Assembly (NCBI GenBank): GCA_038496445.1
Contig: JALMLS010000635.1
Location: forward strand, 58,755-122,754
From: Trichosphaerium sp. ATCC 40318
Taxonomy: Eukaryota; Protista; Tubulinea
Length of the DNA: 64,000 nt
Direction of reading: 5' to 3'
A program made the position numbers and the translations under genes. Every line of letters begins with the position of its first letter. Positions within the stretch are counted from its first letter, which is position 1. Of this stretch, positions 14,615 to 26,902 are shown piece after piece. Below the pieces are notes generated by a model. The model saw nothing but the letters and a program-made list of their open reading frames with translations. It had not been told where the DNA came from and searched no databases.

Positions 14615-16663
14615 TCAATGATCAAGCTTATAAGCTTGACGGCGTGGTCCACCTGTAACCCAAGGAGTTTCTTCAATCCATGAGGGTCTAAAATAAATTA
14701 GCTATTTGCAAGGAAGGATACAAAAGAAAGAGATAAAGCATAGAACAGTACAAAATAAAACAAAAAAGAAAATTCTAAGAAAAATGGTTGGATGACTATT
14801 AGTTCAAACAAGTACTGGAATCGAATTGGTTTGCTCTGAGGGAGATTATAAGGTTTTACTTCTAGTTTCTTCTTTGCAACCATCTTATAACCTGAGTTCC
14901 ACAAAGCAATGGTATCGTTTACAATAGCCATAAATTTTTCTAAAATTGCATCATTTTCTTTTGCAAGTTCTTCGCTATTGTAAAACTCTTTGAATTCTTC
15001 AATGTTGTATGTTTCTTTCTACACCAAATAAGTGAGCACATAATAGTTGAAGTATTACCGGTAAAGGTAGGCGACATTGCGATAATGGATAAAATGTTTG
15101 TCATTGCAAATGGTCTTAAAACGTCTGTTTTGAATAAGACTCAATTTGATATGTCTGGAAAGATGTACCTTACAAACTACACTGTGTAATTCTTTTAATG
15201 GCTCAGAGAAATTTGTACAACGTTCAAGCATGGCAGCAGTGTCAGTTTTTTGCTTGATTTGCCTTAATGAGTATTCTAAAATTTGGCTACAAAAAATATA
15301 ATTAGCTTTAAGCGTTTTGTTAAATTTAAGCTTTGGTACTTCACCACACTCTTAAATATAGGTTTAAACTCATATGCTTCGGTATAAATAGATTCCCAAA
15401 GACTTTTCAAAGTAACAGAACTTGATCCCTTTGAAAACAAGTAGAAAGCAACTTAGACAAAAGGTTAGTCAAAAACAAAAAAAAAACTATAGCTAAAAAG
15501 GGTTGCGAAGCATAACACTTATTGAGCGGCATGTAATACACACCCTATGCTAGCAACACAGGTTAACTTATGATTATGTAGAATCGCTTGAGTCGTAAAG
15601 TTATGAGCACACGTACTCTTGTAATGGTTGCTTGTATCAGTCTTTGAAGAATCGATAATCTGTAGCCGCTTTACAACTTCATCAAAGGTTGCTACATAGC
15701 TAGTTTTTGTTTCTTCAGGCATATCGAATATCCTACTATTAACGTTGTAAAATGGTGCCTTCCCTGCTTTCTACAAAGATAGTTAACAAGACAAACTGAA
15801 AAAAAAAATATTAAATGAAACAAACGGACGCTTGTACCTCTAAACCACTCATAAAAATTTCTTGTTCGGAGAATCTTTTACGGTTTTCATCTTCGTTAGT
15901 TGTTAGTGCTTTGATTACCAATAATCTTAATTTTAATGGTGACATGATATCCTAATAACACGTTACAAAAAAAGTTAAGTTTAAACCAAAAACAAACGAA
16001 ATTGCGAGTCGTGTTACTCACCACCATCTCAGCCAAGTTCAATAACTGGTGTTCATCTTTACCATTAGTATTATCCACAATCCTTTCCCAAATATGAATT
16101 GAATTCAAATAGAGTTCAGACGGTTTACTGAAACCTCCATTCAAAGTTTCAAGCTCCTTTCTAATTTGTTGATGAAACCCAACCATGTTTTACGTACGGA
16201 ATTCTTTGCTAGTAGAATATAAGGCGATGTAGGGAGGTGTGGTAGTGCTTAGAGATATTGAGCGTACCTTGCCACCTTGTTATGGTCATAAACCCAAAAC
16301 TCTATTATAGGCGTCCCATGGCATGTCCTACGAGCAAACGTAAGCTTTGCGCGCCATTGGAGACGGCTACACGAGTTTAATCAAATTCTAGTACCATTCG
16401 AATTTCTCGTGCCACTCTGGGTTCTATATTATGTAAGAGGGCGCTTGTTAACTAATTGGGACTAAATAGCGTACCAAATTCTTTGATAAAACTTTAGTTT
16501 TCGCTTGTGGCGTCTGTAGGTCACCCAAAAGCACAAATGGATCCGATTTACCCATAAGGTCGACTTTACGTAAGTTTGAAGCTTTCAGGATGTTAATTGG
16601 AACAGGCGATGCTCGTAGAGCTTGTGAAGCTGCTACATCAAAAGAACTTGTGCTGTCGCTCAT
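14615..16663 (-). CDS. C2-domain protein with uncharacterised helical C-terminal region, multi-exon
   Basis: ILKASNLRKVDLMGKSDPFV...KTKVLSKNL-NPEWHEKFEW...IEFWVYDHNK is a classic Ca-binding C2 motif set. Ends ...QAYKLDH*. Confidence 0.75.
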
Positions 16664-16750
16664 TTCACGCTTGTTGTAATGCTAGCAACTGACAACTTTT
16701 GGTAAACAGTGGTCTAGTTTTCAGTGAACCCTAAAATACCGATTTTGGTA

Positions 16751-19068
16751 CACTACTACCATAAACTCATTAGGACTAGTAACTGAAAAAATTAGGACTA
16801 GTAAAATTTTATTTCACACAACGTGAACTTACAATAAATTTAATTGAGCTCAAAAAGCTCTCCTGTAAACAATTCTGTTGCTATTAGGTAGTGTAAAGCG
16901 GAAAAGTCCAACGCATCATCCTCAAGGATGGAATCACAAATTGTATGTGTACATGTTAAAGTCAGTTTTAGTAAACCCAAAGTCATACGGCACTCATTGC
17001 TTTGAATCCGGCCGGGCGTGGTGTTTGACCAACTCAATTGATTAGCCTTATCAACAGCCGCAAAATTATCATGATAGAACTTGTGAAGAATAGGTTTGTC
17101 ATCCCGTGGAGTACCCAAAAAGTTTTCCAGTTGGGTCTGAATATTGTCTAAACACTCAGGATTTGTAGCATTTGTCAATCTGTCAATGAGCGTACTAATG
17201 TTACCTTGCTTTTTTAGGCCTAGCTTGGTGCAATAGCTTTGTAAGAATGATTTTTTCTTGTTTCCCAACATTTTTGGAGTCAGGTGAGCATGTCCTTTCA
17301 AAACGTTTGTATAGTGTTTTTGACATGAATTGCAAAACCATTGTTCAAATGCAGAATTTTTCTCTAGAGTTTTATCGTCCCAATTGAGACATTCAGCATG
17401 GAACCATATGTCACAGTAATCGTATTTAATCATTGGTTTACCAGGCAATTCTTTTCTGTAATGTAGGCAATCTTCAATGCAATGTAATTCGTCAGTTTGT
17501 GCTACATTTTGTTGTTGGTTGTTTAAAGTTGTGTGTTGCTGTTGCTTCTCCGATAATGCCAATATCTTTTCTGGTGTGAAATCACATAACTCTTGGGCTA
17601 GTGTTTCATTGTTGCCAATACCTTTGCTACCACATTTTCTCGACAAATGAACCAAAAAGTTTCGGCTGAGTTTACACATTTTTTTGTAATCTGCTAAAGT
17701 GGCTGAAGGTATTGATTGTTTCGGTTCACCAGTGTTCCAGCCATATCCAAGAAGTCGCCATTCAATTATTTTGTCATTATCTACCTTTTTGCGCATGAAT
17801 GATGCCACTTTACCCTCTGAGTTTGTTGCTATTCTCCATCTATTACATGGCACATTGTATTCAAGTATATCAAATATTTTTGTTTTGTGTGTCTTCGGTA
17901 TAGCAGCGGTAATGCCACCAGTTTTACTTTGCTGACAATTCACTGCTATCCATTCCACAAGATGTGACTCCATAAATCTAGAATCCATCACCACATGAGG
18001 TGTATACTTGTAAAACTCCTCAAATTTAACTATTAATTTTTTGGCAGCATCTAGCGGGCCCACCGGTGTACCAGGTCCCCAGTGAGGAACAATACCAAGT
18101 ATGTAAGGTTTCCTGCCATACTTGTCAGAGAACATTGCATGTACATGTACATAGATCATCAAACCAGTTGGATTCGGTTTGCTGTGGATGACCATTTTAT
18201 ACAGACTTTTACCCAGAAATTTGAAAATTGTTTCATCTATCGCTGAAATATCACCCGGCAACCAACCTTCCATGAATGCCTCGCTCAATAAAGTGCATAG
18301 TTCTTGAATATCAGATGTCAAACATGCTTTAATGATGCGAAATCTTGTTCGTGCTAGCAACTCATTGTTCCTTAACCAAGTTGGTTTTGCTTTGATGAAT
18401 TGATTACATGCTCGCACATAGTTTTTTTCTCCACTGCTTTGCTCCCAAATCCACAATGTTCCTATGAATTTCATGACCTCTTTAGGTTTGATTGGCGTGT
18501 TCCACCATGTGTTATAGTTCGGATTGGTTGTTCGGAATTGTGCAACAAGTTGTTTCCGCTTTTCTTCCGTATGGTAAAACACGTGATTCCAAATGGTTTT
18601 TTTATTAAACGTAGATAGACTTGTTTTGTGTAGGTGAGCACACTGTTAGATTGAATGCGCTCAAAATAACCCAAGTTAGGGCCTGATATTTGTAAACACT
18701 CTGGTAGCGATATTTTTGCGTCTGGAAGAACCTTCCAGCTGTTTTCAGTCATGTAATTCAATTTTTCTCGTAGATCGGTTAAATGTTTCTGTTTATTGTC
18801 TAGTTTACGTTTTTTAGTTGCTGCACGTGTTGAAGTTGCGTTCTTCCGCTTTCGGGCAATTTTTCTTTTGTTTTTGCCAAGATGCTCTCGCAGGAGGCCT
18901 CTCATGTTTGTGAGATGCGTTTCCGATAGTTTTTGCGCCGTTTTGACGAAGTTTTACTGGTGTTACTAGTCCTAATTTTTTTTTTTACTAGCCCGAACGA
19001 AATAAAAGCTCAAAGAGGCTATCAACAAAACGCTTGCAATTTGTATTTTGTATTTATGGTACCACGTG
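16751..19068 (-). mobile_element. piggyBac-like DNA transposon (boundaries approximate)
   Basis: Intronless transposase flanked by a perfect 19-bp inverted repeat (aaaaaattaggactagtaa 16786-16804 / ttactagtcctaatttttt 18963-18981), with a second partial copy on each side. Weak outer match cac..taccataaa (16751) / tttatggta..gtg (to 19068). No TTAA TSD seen. Confidence 0.7.
16840..18905 (-). CDS. piggyBac-family (DDE_Tnp_1_7-like) transposase with internal SAP-PHD-SAP, split by a -1 frameshift at 18597-18603
   Basis: Triad motifs AIDET, VVMDSRF and FYHDNFAAVDKANQ, plus KPNPTGL. PHD-like C..C...D.CDIWFHAECL...WFCNSC. SAP-like LQSYCTKLGLKKQGNISTLIDRL. ORF 18471-18905 supplies an NLS-rich N-terminus. 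Confidence 0.8.
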
Positions 19069-19250
19069 GACCTCTAATTGAGTTGGTCTTGCTGATATGA
19101 TCCAGAATTACTACACATGTAATTCTCCGTATAAACTGCCAATGCATTGTCATTCCATCTAAGTATTTGCAGCATAGTAAGAAAAGAAGAAGGTAAGTTA
19201 AACCAACACGTTCTAAGCTATTTCATTTATTGTACATATTGACTAACTAG

Positions 19251-20890
19251 CTATTTCTCTTTTTGAGCAGTCTTGACTTCTAACATATCAAGAGCTTGTG
19301 TTAAATCTCTTATCAAGTCCTCCTCTTCTTCTATACCTACGCTAAGGCGTATTTGATCTTTTTTAACTTCAACAAGAGACTCAACACCGCCAAGACTTGT
19401 TGTACATTTGAATAAAGTCAAAAGTTCTGAGAACTTTTTTGGTCTTGTACCAGGAATTAATTCAATAGTGAAACAAGCAGGTGCAAGGTTATTAAAACTA
19501 GATTTCCAATACTCATGATCAGGGTGTGAAGGTAAACAAGGGTTATTTACTGTCTTCACCTTCTCGTGACCTTCAAGAAACGCTGCAACAGCAGCAGCGT
19601 TAGAACAGTGCTGTGTCATTCTCAGTTTAAGTGTGCGAAGACTTCTGTTGAAAAAAGTGAGATTATTTGCTTGAAGTAAAAAGTACGTACCTCAAGAGTA
19701 GGAAGCATTCAAGATTACCTGGGCAAGATCCTTGGGTTATACGATTTGTAAATAGTCTGTAGTATCGATTAAAATTAGAAGTAACAATAACACCACAAAG
19801 TAAATCAGAGTGACCTAATATTATCATCAATTTCAAAAACCGACTTTAAAGGCTTAAGCCACAAACAAACCTCCTAGAAACTTTGACGCAGAATGAATCA
19901 CATAATCAGCACCAAGCTCAAGAGGTTTTTGTAATACTGGCGTTGCAAAGGTGCTAAAAAGAAAGAAATATAAGTAACAATGCAACGACTTGTGTTAATC
20001 TTTTTTTTTGTTGTGCTTACTTATCTACGACGAGAATCGCTTCTTTTTCTTTTGCTATCTTCGCATAGTGAGCTATATCCTTTAACCTACAATTTGGATT
20101 CCTTGGAGACTCAATATATAGAACTGCGCCACGCTCCAAAGCTTCAATATCTTGTGTGAATTTGCAATTACCTAAAAACATGTCATGTCACTAGGTCTTG
20201 AATAAAAATACCTAGCACGTGACAGGCATGATGAGAAAGTACCTTTAATTGTAGAAAATGCATGCATAGCAGTAAGAGCGCCACGATACCCAGCGTCAAG
20301 GTGAACAATAATTCTAAAGGGCAATAAGAAATTTGGTTCAGTAATGACAAAAAAATTTACTTAGGCTTCAAAGCAACGAATAAAGCATTAATAGCTGCCA
20401 TCCCCGATCCATAACAAAGCGCTTTGCCACCGCACAAAGCGCCAATAAGCTTTTCAACTCTATTGCGAGTTGGCTGATCTGCTCTAGAAGCATGGTAAGG
20501 TCAAAAAAAAAACAAACAATGTGATTTTTTTGAAGTCAAATTATCAAACAGAGATGGAAGTAACACGGTTTACGTACCTTGAATATACGAATGATTGGTC
20601 TCCTTCGTATATCGTAGACACGTGAAGCTAAATTGCGTGTTCGTTAGTAAAAACGGCGCTAGTCGATTATTTTACGTACTGGAGGCGCTACGTCGCCATG
20701 AGATTCCTGAGAATGGTCATCAGCGTGTAATGCGAGTGTGCTAAACGCAACATTTGTCTAGAAGTGTCAAACAAACGGTTAATGATTAAATGGCATGTAA
20801 GACGTGTTGACCTACAAGCGCGGGTGGTAAAACAGGTAAGACTTGTTTTTTTGGAATAGGCTCTTCGCTACAACTCTCTGCGTTCCCCAT
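19251..20890 (-). CDS. Cystathionine gamma-lyase/synthase family (Cys/Met metabolism PLP enzyme)
   Basis: [56 protein letters not shown] (PLP lysine), [25 protein letters not shown]. Confidence 0.92.
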
Positions 20891-21041
20891 TTCAGCTTGC
20901 GTATTTACAAGTTCGTATTCGGCTAATATATTTATTTTTAAATGAAAAAGTGCCTATTATTTTCACACAACAAATAAAATGGTCAGCACTTTTCTGCCGC
21001 CGCGCTTTTCTGACAAAACGATAATTTCAGCAGTATTCAAT

Positions 21042-22942
21042 ATGTGCACCTTTACAATCTCATTTACTCTATTTTTACTTACGCTACTATCATTCACAAA
21101 GAGGTACACATGTGATACGAAACGGTTTTGTTGCTAAAAAACTGTTTGTCAAAACTAGCCAAAGCACATGCGGTAACACTCTTTCTTGGACGTCTGGGTA
21201 CTGTGAAACAGGCGTATATTGGGGTCCAAATCCGTATACAGCCTTCAGGTCGCTTAATCCAAGTGATACTCTAGATGTTTACTCTGTGTATCTTATTAAC
21301 GCTATGCAACGAGGTACGCTTTGGTTTTTTTTTTAAATGTTCAAAGTTTTGACGTTTGTTTTCAACGGTAATTAGTTTAAACTCTTTTTTAGTGCGTTTT
21401 CTCGTTTCAGCGTTTACTTCAAATGTGAATGTTAAACTTGTGCGTGATAGTAACCTCAATGGAGTCTACGATACTGATTTCGAATACTACGAGTTATACA
21501 TGGATTTAAATAGAACAGGTACTTCATTTGTCTTTGTTTTTTGATCTTCCCTGTGATTATCAACCATGCACTGTCCCTGTAGTTACTTTCATATAATCAT
21601 AACGCTATTGTAGTATACTCTCTTTTCTTAATACATTACTGTTTCCTTCCTGACGTTTGTTTTACAGGGTTGCGATGGGAGTTGTTCGATGCTCCTTTGG
21701 GAAGAGGAGAATGGTTCTTTATCGTTTCACTAGAAGATACAACAGCTACAACAAATTACACAATAGATGTATGGTTGGATCAGGACTTTGAAATGTCTAT
21801 TGAAACCTATACACTCCAATTAGTAAACTGGAGGCGCAAAGTGTATGTTTTTCTTTGTTGTTTTTTTGTTTTTGTTGAATAGGCTGCTGACTTGACACCT
21901 ACCCTAAGATATGACTTGACACTCCAAGATTTAAACGAAAGACAAGAGCTACTCTCTGCTACCAGTAGCAAAGCCGAAGATATGTGCAACCGAGCAATTT
22001 ACGAGTAAGACAAGATGACACGTTTTTACTTTTTTTTTTGGTAATGTTTGTTTTTTCAGCCACTGCTACTATGACTACGATGGTGTAACAATTCTATGCC
22101 CTGCGTTTTTCTTGAAAAAAGCAGGGTACGATGGGGTACGCAAAGTTTTCTTCTTTTGAGGTAGTACTCTATAACTTACAATGTTTTTGTTGGTAGATTG
22201 GAATAGAAAACTTAGCTGCCGGCAGTTTTGTAAGTGCAGAGCAAGTTGTTGATGGATGGACGCGATCTACGTCTCATTGGAATGCGCTTAAAAATGCCCA
22301 TGTGCGTGATGCCGGTGTAAGTTTCCATGATTGCACTAAGAACAGTATAAAACTGTGGCTTTATATGGCTGGGTATGCAGTTTTTTTAGTTGGTTGTTGA
22401 TAACGTTTTGTTAGGTATCAATCTAACGTATGCGGTAACGGTGTCACTGGTAAGTGCATTGTGTTACCTTAATATTGTTAACAACTTCAAAGAGAGCGAA
22501 CAGTGTGATGATAACAACAACCGTGATAATGACGGCTGTTCTTCTCAATGCAAACTAGAAAGAGATTTCGTTCTACCTTGGCGGTGCATGTGAGTGTTCT
22601 TGTACCAAACACCGTTAATATTCGTATAGCCAAGCGGTAGGTACTACATGCTACAGATGTGGAGATGGTGTACTTCAGTTCAATGAAGAATGTGATGACG
22701 GCAATATGTTCAATAACGACGGTTGCTTCCAATGCAGCATTGAAAAGGTAAATAAGGTTGTTGAATTGTTATAAGTTCTGACTACTTTGTAGGATTACAT
22801 GTGCAACCTTGGGTCTCCTACAAGATGTGTTAATTCCTCACTCTCCTTTTTGTTCCGATCCGGAACACCTCATACAATGCCTTGGTTAATAACCATAGGT
22901 ATTGCAGTGATGTTCTTTGCTGTGGTTAACATTGTATCGTAA
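21042..22942 (+). CDS. Secreted/membrane-anchored protein with CAP (SCP) domain and Myxococcus-type cysteine-rich repeats
   Basis: Signal peptide; LQLVNWRR...AEDM...ENLAAG..SAEQVVDGWTRSTSHWNAL (CAP); CGNG..EQCDDNN..DNDGCSSQC and CGDG..EECDDGN..NDGCFQC repeats; hydrophobic C-terminus. Confidence 0.8.
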
Positions 22943-23679
22943 AATAATACTGATTTTTGATTTTCTCAAAAGAATGATCGTTAAATGTAGCTTGAAAGTT
23001 GGTTTGAGTACATGGTATACATATTGCCCCGGCTGACGCTGGGTGTTTTAATGTGGTGGTTTCTCCATCACTTTGGTAACTCTATGAGCTAACAAGCGTT
23101 GATGATTATTCCCAAACACGTGACGAATGACTTTTCAAAAAAAAAAACCAAAAAAAAGCCATAAAGAAAGTTAACAGCGATTCTTTACCAACGACACGCC
23201 CATATTTTTATCATGTATACCAGCTGGGTTATAACTACTGTTAAACCGATACGCAAAAAAAAAAAAAGTTACAACTCGTTGTAAGCGTTCCTGACAACGT
23301 AGGCTTCGTTATTTACCGCTTGGTGTATCGATAAACGATCTCTTTTCGAAAAACATGACGTGGTTAGCGAATAATGTCAATTTCGCTTTTGAGCATATGT
23401 GAGATAACTTTTGAACTCGTTTAAGACTATATGATGTATACTGAGTTTTATCAAAGTTATTTTTGCTTTGTTGTCTGAATCCCTGCAATGTGCACTGCAA
23501 TACATCTACATCGCTGATGCGACCACATGATTGGGTATAAGCTACGACAGACAAGAATGTGTAAAATGTCACTAGAATAGAATAGTTCTGTTATTCAGGT
23601 AAAGTGTAAAAAATAGAATTTTAAGCGAAGTTTCGCCTTTCGTCTTATAAATTATAACTAAAAACGAAGACAACACGCA

Positions 23680-24819
23680 ATGAGCAACTCGGTATCACTA
23701 GATTCTGCGCCTACAGAGGTCCTAAGCTGTATTCTAAGCTTTTTGAATACAAACGATGATCTTTTGTCTGCAGCGCAGTGTAATGTCTTGTTTTCAGATA
23801 TAATACACTCTATAATAGGATACAAACATGTATACATTACAAACAAGCGAGCAAAGTCAATAGCAAAGCATAAAGGAATCATCAAAAGATCAACTCTTCA
23901 TTTCATTGGTCGTAATAAAAAAACCTACTGGAACAATCTTCGCGTCTTTGCTGGTGCACAAAATGTGTCACTCACAAAGTTCCCGTATATAAGTGAAGAA
24001 GGGATTAAAGGCTTTGCTGGCGTCAATTACATTAATTTACGAGGATGTGACAATGTAACAGATGACAGTGTTAGTGCATTAGCAGGTGTACAGGAAATAT
24101 TATTGGATTACACTAGTGTAGGTGATAATGGTCTCAAAGCACTTGCTGGTGTATACAAGATTACTTTAAGGAGTTGTACCAATATTACAGACGAAGGTGT
24201 TCGTGCATTAGCAGGCGTACATGATATTAATCTTTATGAATGTCCAAGAGTGACAGATGAAGGAATTAAAGCACTGAGTGGTGTACACACAATCGGTATA
24301 GCTAAGAACAGAAACATTAGTGATGCTGGTATTCAAGCTCTTTCAGGTGTTTATGATATTAATCTGAATCAAAGCAGGCGTTCAGTAACTGTAGCAGCCT
24401 ATAAAGCTATCGCTGGTGTTCACACTATAAAATTATCTTTTTCATACGTGACAGATGAATGTCTTCAATATCTTGCTGGAGTTCACACTATTGATTTATC
24501 GTATACTTCTGTTAGTGATATTGGTGTCAAAGCGCTTGCTGGTGTTCATACAATCAACCTGACAAGTAACAAGTATTTGACAGATGAAGGTGTGATTGCG
24601 CTTGCAGGAGTTACAACTATTCGATTAGGACACTGTAAAAAAATCACTGATGTGGGTGTCAAAGCACTTGTTGGTGTTGAGACTATTGTAGTGAATGGAT
24701 GTCCTCTTGTTACTGCTACAGGGTTACTTACTCTTGGGCATGCTGAAATTTTTGCGGATAAACCGGTCTTCAAAGAGTTGGCTTCAATGAAAAAGCAAAA
24801 GCGTAAAAACAGACGTTAA
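23680..24819 (+). CDS. Intronless F-box/LRR-repeat protein
   Basis: N-terminal F-box (SAPTEVLSCILSFL) followed by about ten 21-22 aa repeats LAGVHTINL..C..ITDEGVKA and a basic C-terminal tail. Confidence 0.88.
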   Translation: MSNSVSLDSAPTEVLSCILSFLNTNDDLLSAAQCNVLFSDIIHSIIGYKHVYITNKRAKSIAKHKGIIKRSTLHFIGRNKKTYWNNLRVFAGAQNVSLTKFPYISEEGIKGFAGVNYINLRGCDNVTDDSVSALAGVQEILLDYTSVGDNGLKALAGVYKITLRSCTNITDEGVRALAGVHDINLYECPRVTDEGIKALSGVHTIGIAKNRNISDAGIQALSGVYDINLNQSRRSVTVAAYKAIAGVHTIKLSFSYVTDECLQYLAGVHTIDLSYTSVSDIGVKALAGVHTINLTSNKYLTDEGVIALAGVTTIRLGHCKKITDVGVKALVGVETIVVNGCPLVTATGLLTLGHAEIFADKPVFKELASMKKQKRKNRR

Positions 24820-25150
24820 ATAACTATGAGGGTACTATAGATACTAGACAACGTATTCAACATAATGTCTTGTATGTATATAAACAGATTTATTACAGTT
24901 TGATATGACAGAGTTTCGCTCAATCACATAAAAACAACTTTGCAAAAAAAAAAAAAAAACAGTTTTCTATTTGCAAAACATCACGTTCTAGGTTTACTGT
25001 CAGAATTAGTTCCCAGAAAATCTGTGTTGTTGCGTGTTAAGTATGTTTCACAGACTACTATTGCAATGTATCGCAGCAACGTCAAAAAGTTGAAGACTAG
25101 CGTTGAAATTATGTGCACTCTTTTTCTCTTTGTTTTTTTATTCAAACGCA

Positions 25151-26563
25151 ATGTATCACATGCTTTGTTTGTTCGCCTTTGGCCTTGTTTTAGCTGCAAG
25201 CGCATTTCCAGTCATTATTGATACTGATATTGGTCAGGATATCGACGAGTACGGCCACAGAAAGCGAGTTTTGAAAAGTTGTTAACGAATTCATTCCCAA
25301 CTAGTTCGTGGGCGCTTGCGCTTTCATTAAAACGCCCAGACATGGATATTAAGATGGTTTTAACAGCCGCTCACAATCCTAGCGGAAGAGCACGTTGAAT
25401 GAACGGTTACTAGCGCTAAACTGCTAAATAGGCTCAGATAGTAGCTAAATATTTGACTGAAGTTGGCAGAGATGACATTCCCATTGGGGTTGGACAATAA
25501 AAAAACTTTTCGCTTTTCGTCACGTGTTACAAAATTAACGTATTGTAATAGGTTGGTGTATATCAAGATAGCTATGTTGGTCCATTGTATGATTGGGCTA
25601 AAAATTTTACACTTTCGGAATACAAAGGGCCTATGTTTACCGACGGGAAAGTCTTTAGTTTTTTTTTTTGTCACGTGATTAATTTTAAAATAGGATATCT
25701 GAGGCTATCAAGATAATAGATGCTTCTCCTGAACCTGTTGTTATTCTTGAGATAGCACCTGTTCCAAATATGAAAGCTATATTGACGAAAAGGCCTGACT
25801 TAGCATCAAAGATGATTGTCAAAGCGATGAGCGGTAGCATCAACATTTGCTATGGTAAGAAAATTATTTCAATATTGATGTAACATTTTTGAAAGGTGGT
25901 AAAAAAGCGCCTCCTTGTGAGGAGTATAACGTCAAAGAAGATGTCCCTGCGAGCCAATTATTCTATGCTACAAAATACAAGGTACGTAAGCTTAGTGTAA
26001 AGTTAATCTAATACGCTATGAAGGAGCCAATGGTGACGTCACCAATTGACATTGGTATTTTTTTACGAAAAGTTCGGTGAATGGTTTCTTCTAACACGTG
26101 GTTGTAATAGGTTATATTGCTGTAATTGGTGGTGATATGTACCAAAAGATACTACAGTCAACCGACATTATCACCAAAACACTTATAGAATGCTACACAT
26201 TTTGGGCAGCAAACGGTAAAAAACGGTTAAAATGTGTTCTTGTAGTTGACTTTTTCTTGTTCTTAGGCGGACATGGATCACCAAAGACTCACACAACGAC
26301 TATTTGGGTTCGTCTAAACAATTCATTTTGAGCGATACAGCATGTTCTTTAGTCTCACATTCTAATCTTAGGACGCTACTGCAGCATACTTAGTGTATTC
26401 AAACATGTCATTTGTTGAGCTCACAGATGTTCAAATCGTAGTTGATGATAAAGGTGAAACACTTGTTAACTCTACTGGACAGCATGTCCTTGCAGCAGAG
26501 AGTTGGACTAAAACGGGCCTTAATGACTGGTTTTCAAATGTAGTGGATATACTCACATCATAA
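25151..26563 (+). CDS. Secreted inosine/uridine-preferring nucleoside hydrolase
   Basis: Signal peptide then VIIDTDIGQDIDD (spliced) Ca-binding motif; ILEIAPVPN; MSGS; EYNVKED..AS; WDATAAY. Confidence 0.88.
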
Positions 26564-26902
26564 CCCGGACCTAAAAATATGTTTTACTATTCTGTTTTTC
26601 GACTCAGTCGAAACCAAAAATAAAATAAGTAAACATTCAATCAATGGCCAAATGAAAAACCCTCACAAAAGTCTTCGCATTGTTATGCTTTTTCTACAAG
26701 GATTACCGCCCTATTTGGAAGGTTTTTGTATCAACAAAGACAACTCCCTGGCAATAGTGATTAGTGCCATGTAGACGTGAAAGTGACTTATCACATTCAA
26801 CTTCTCTTTCTCAAAGTCCACCTATTTTTTTACTCTCGGCTGTTGTACATCACAAAAAACAGTACGTGAATAAAAATATGTCAACAGTTTATTGGATCAT
26901 CG

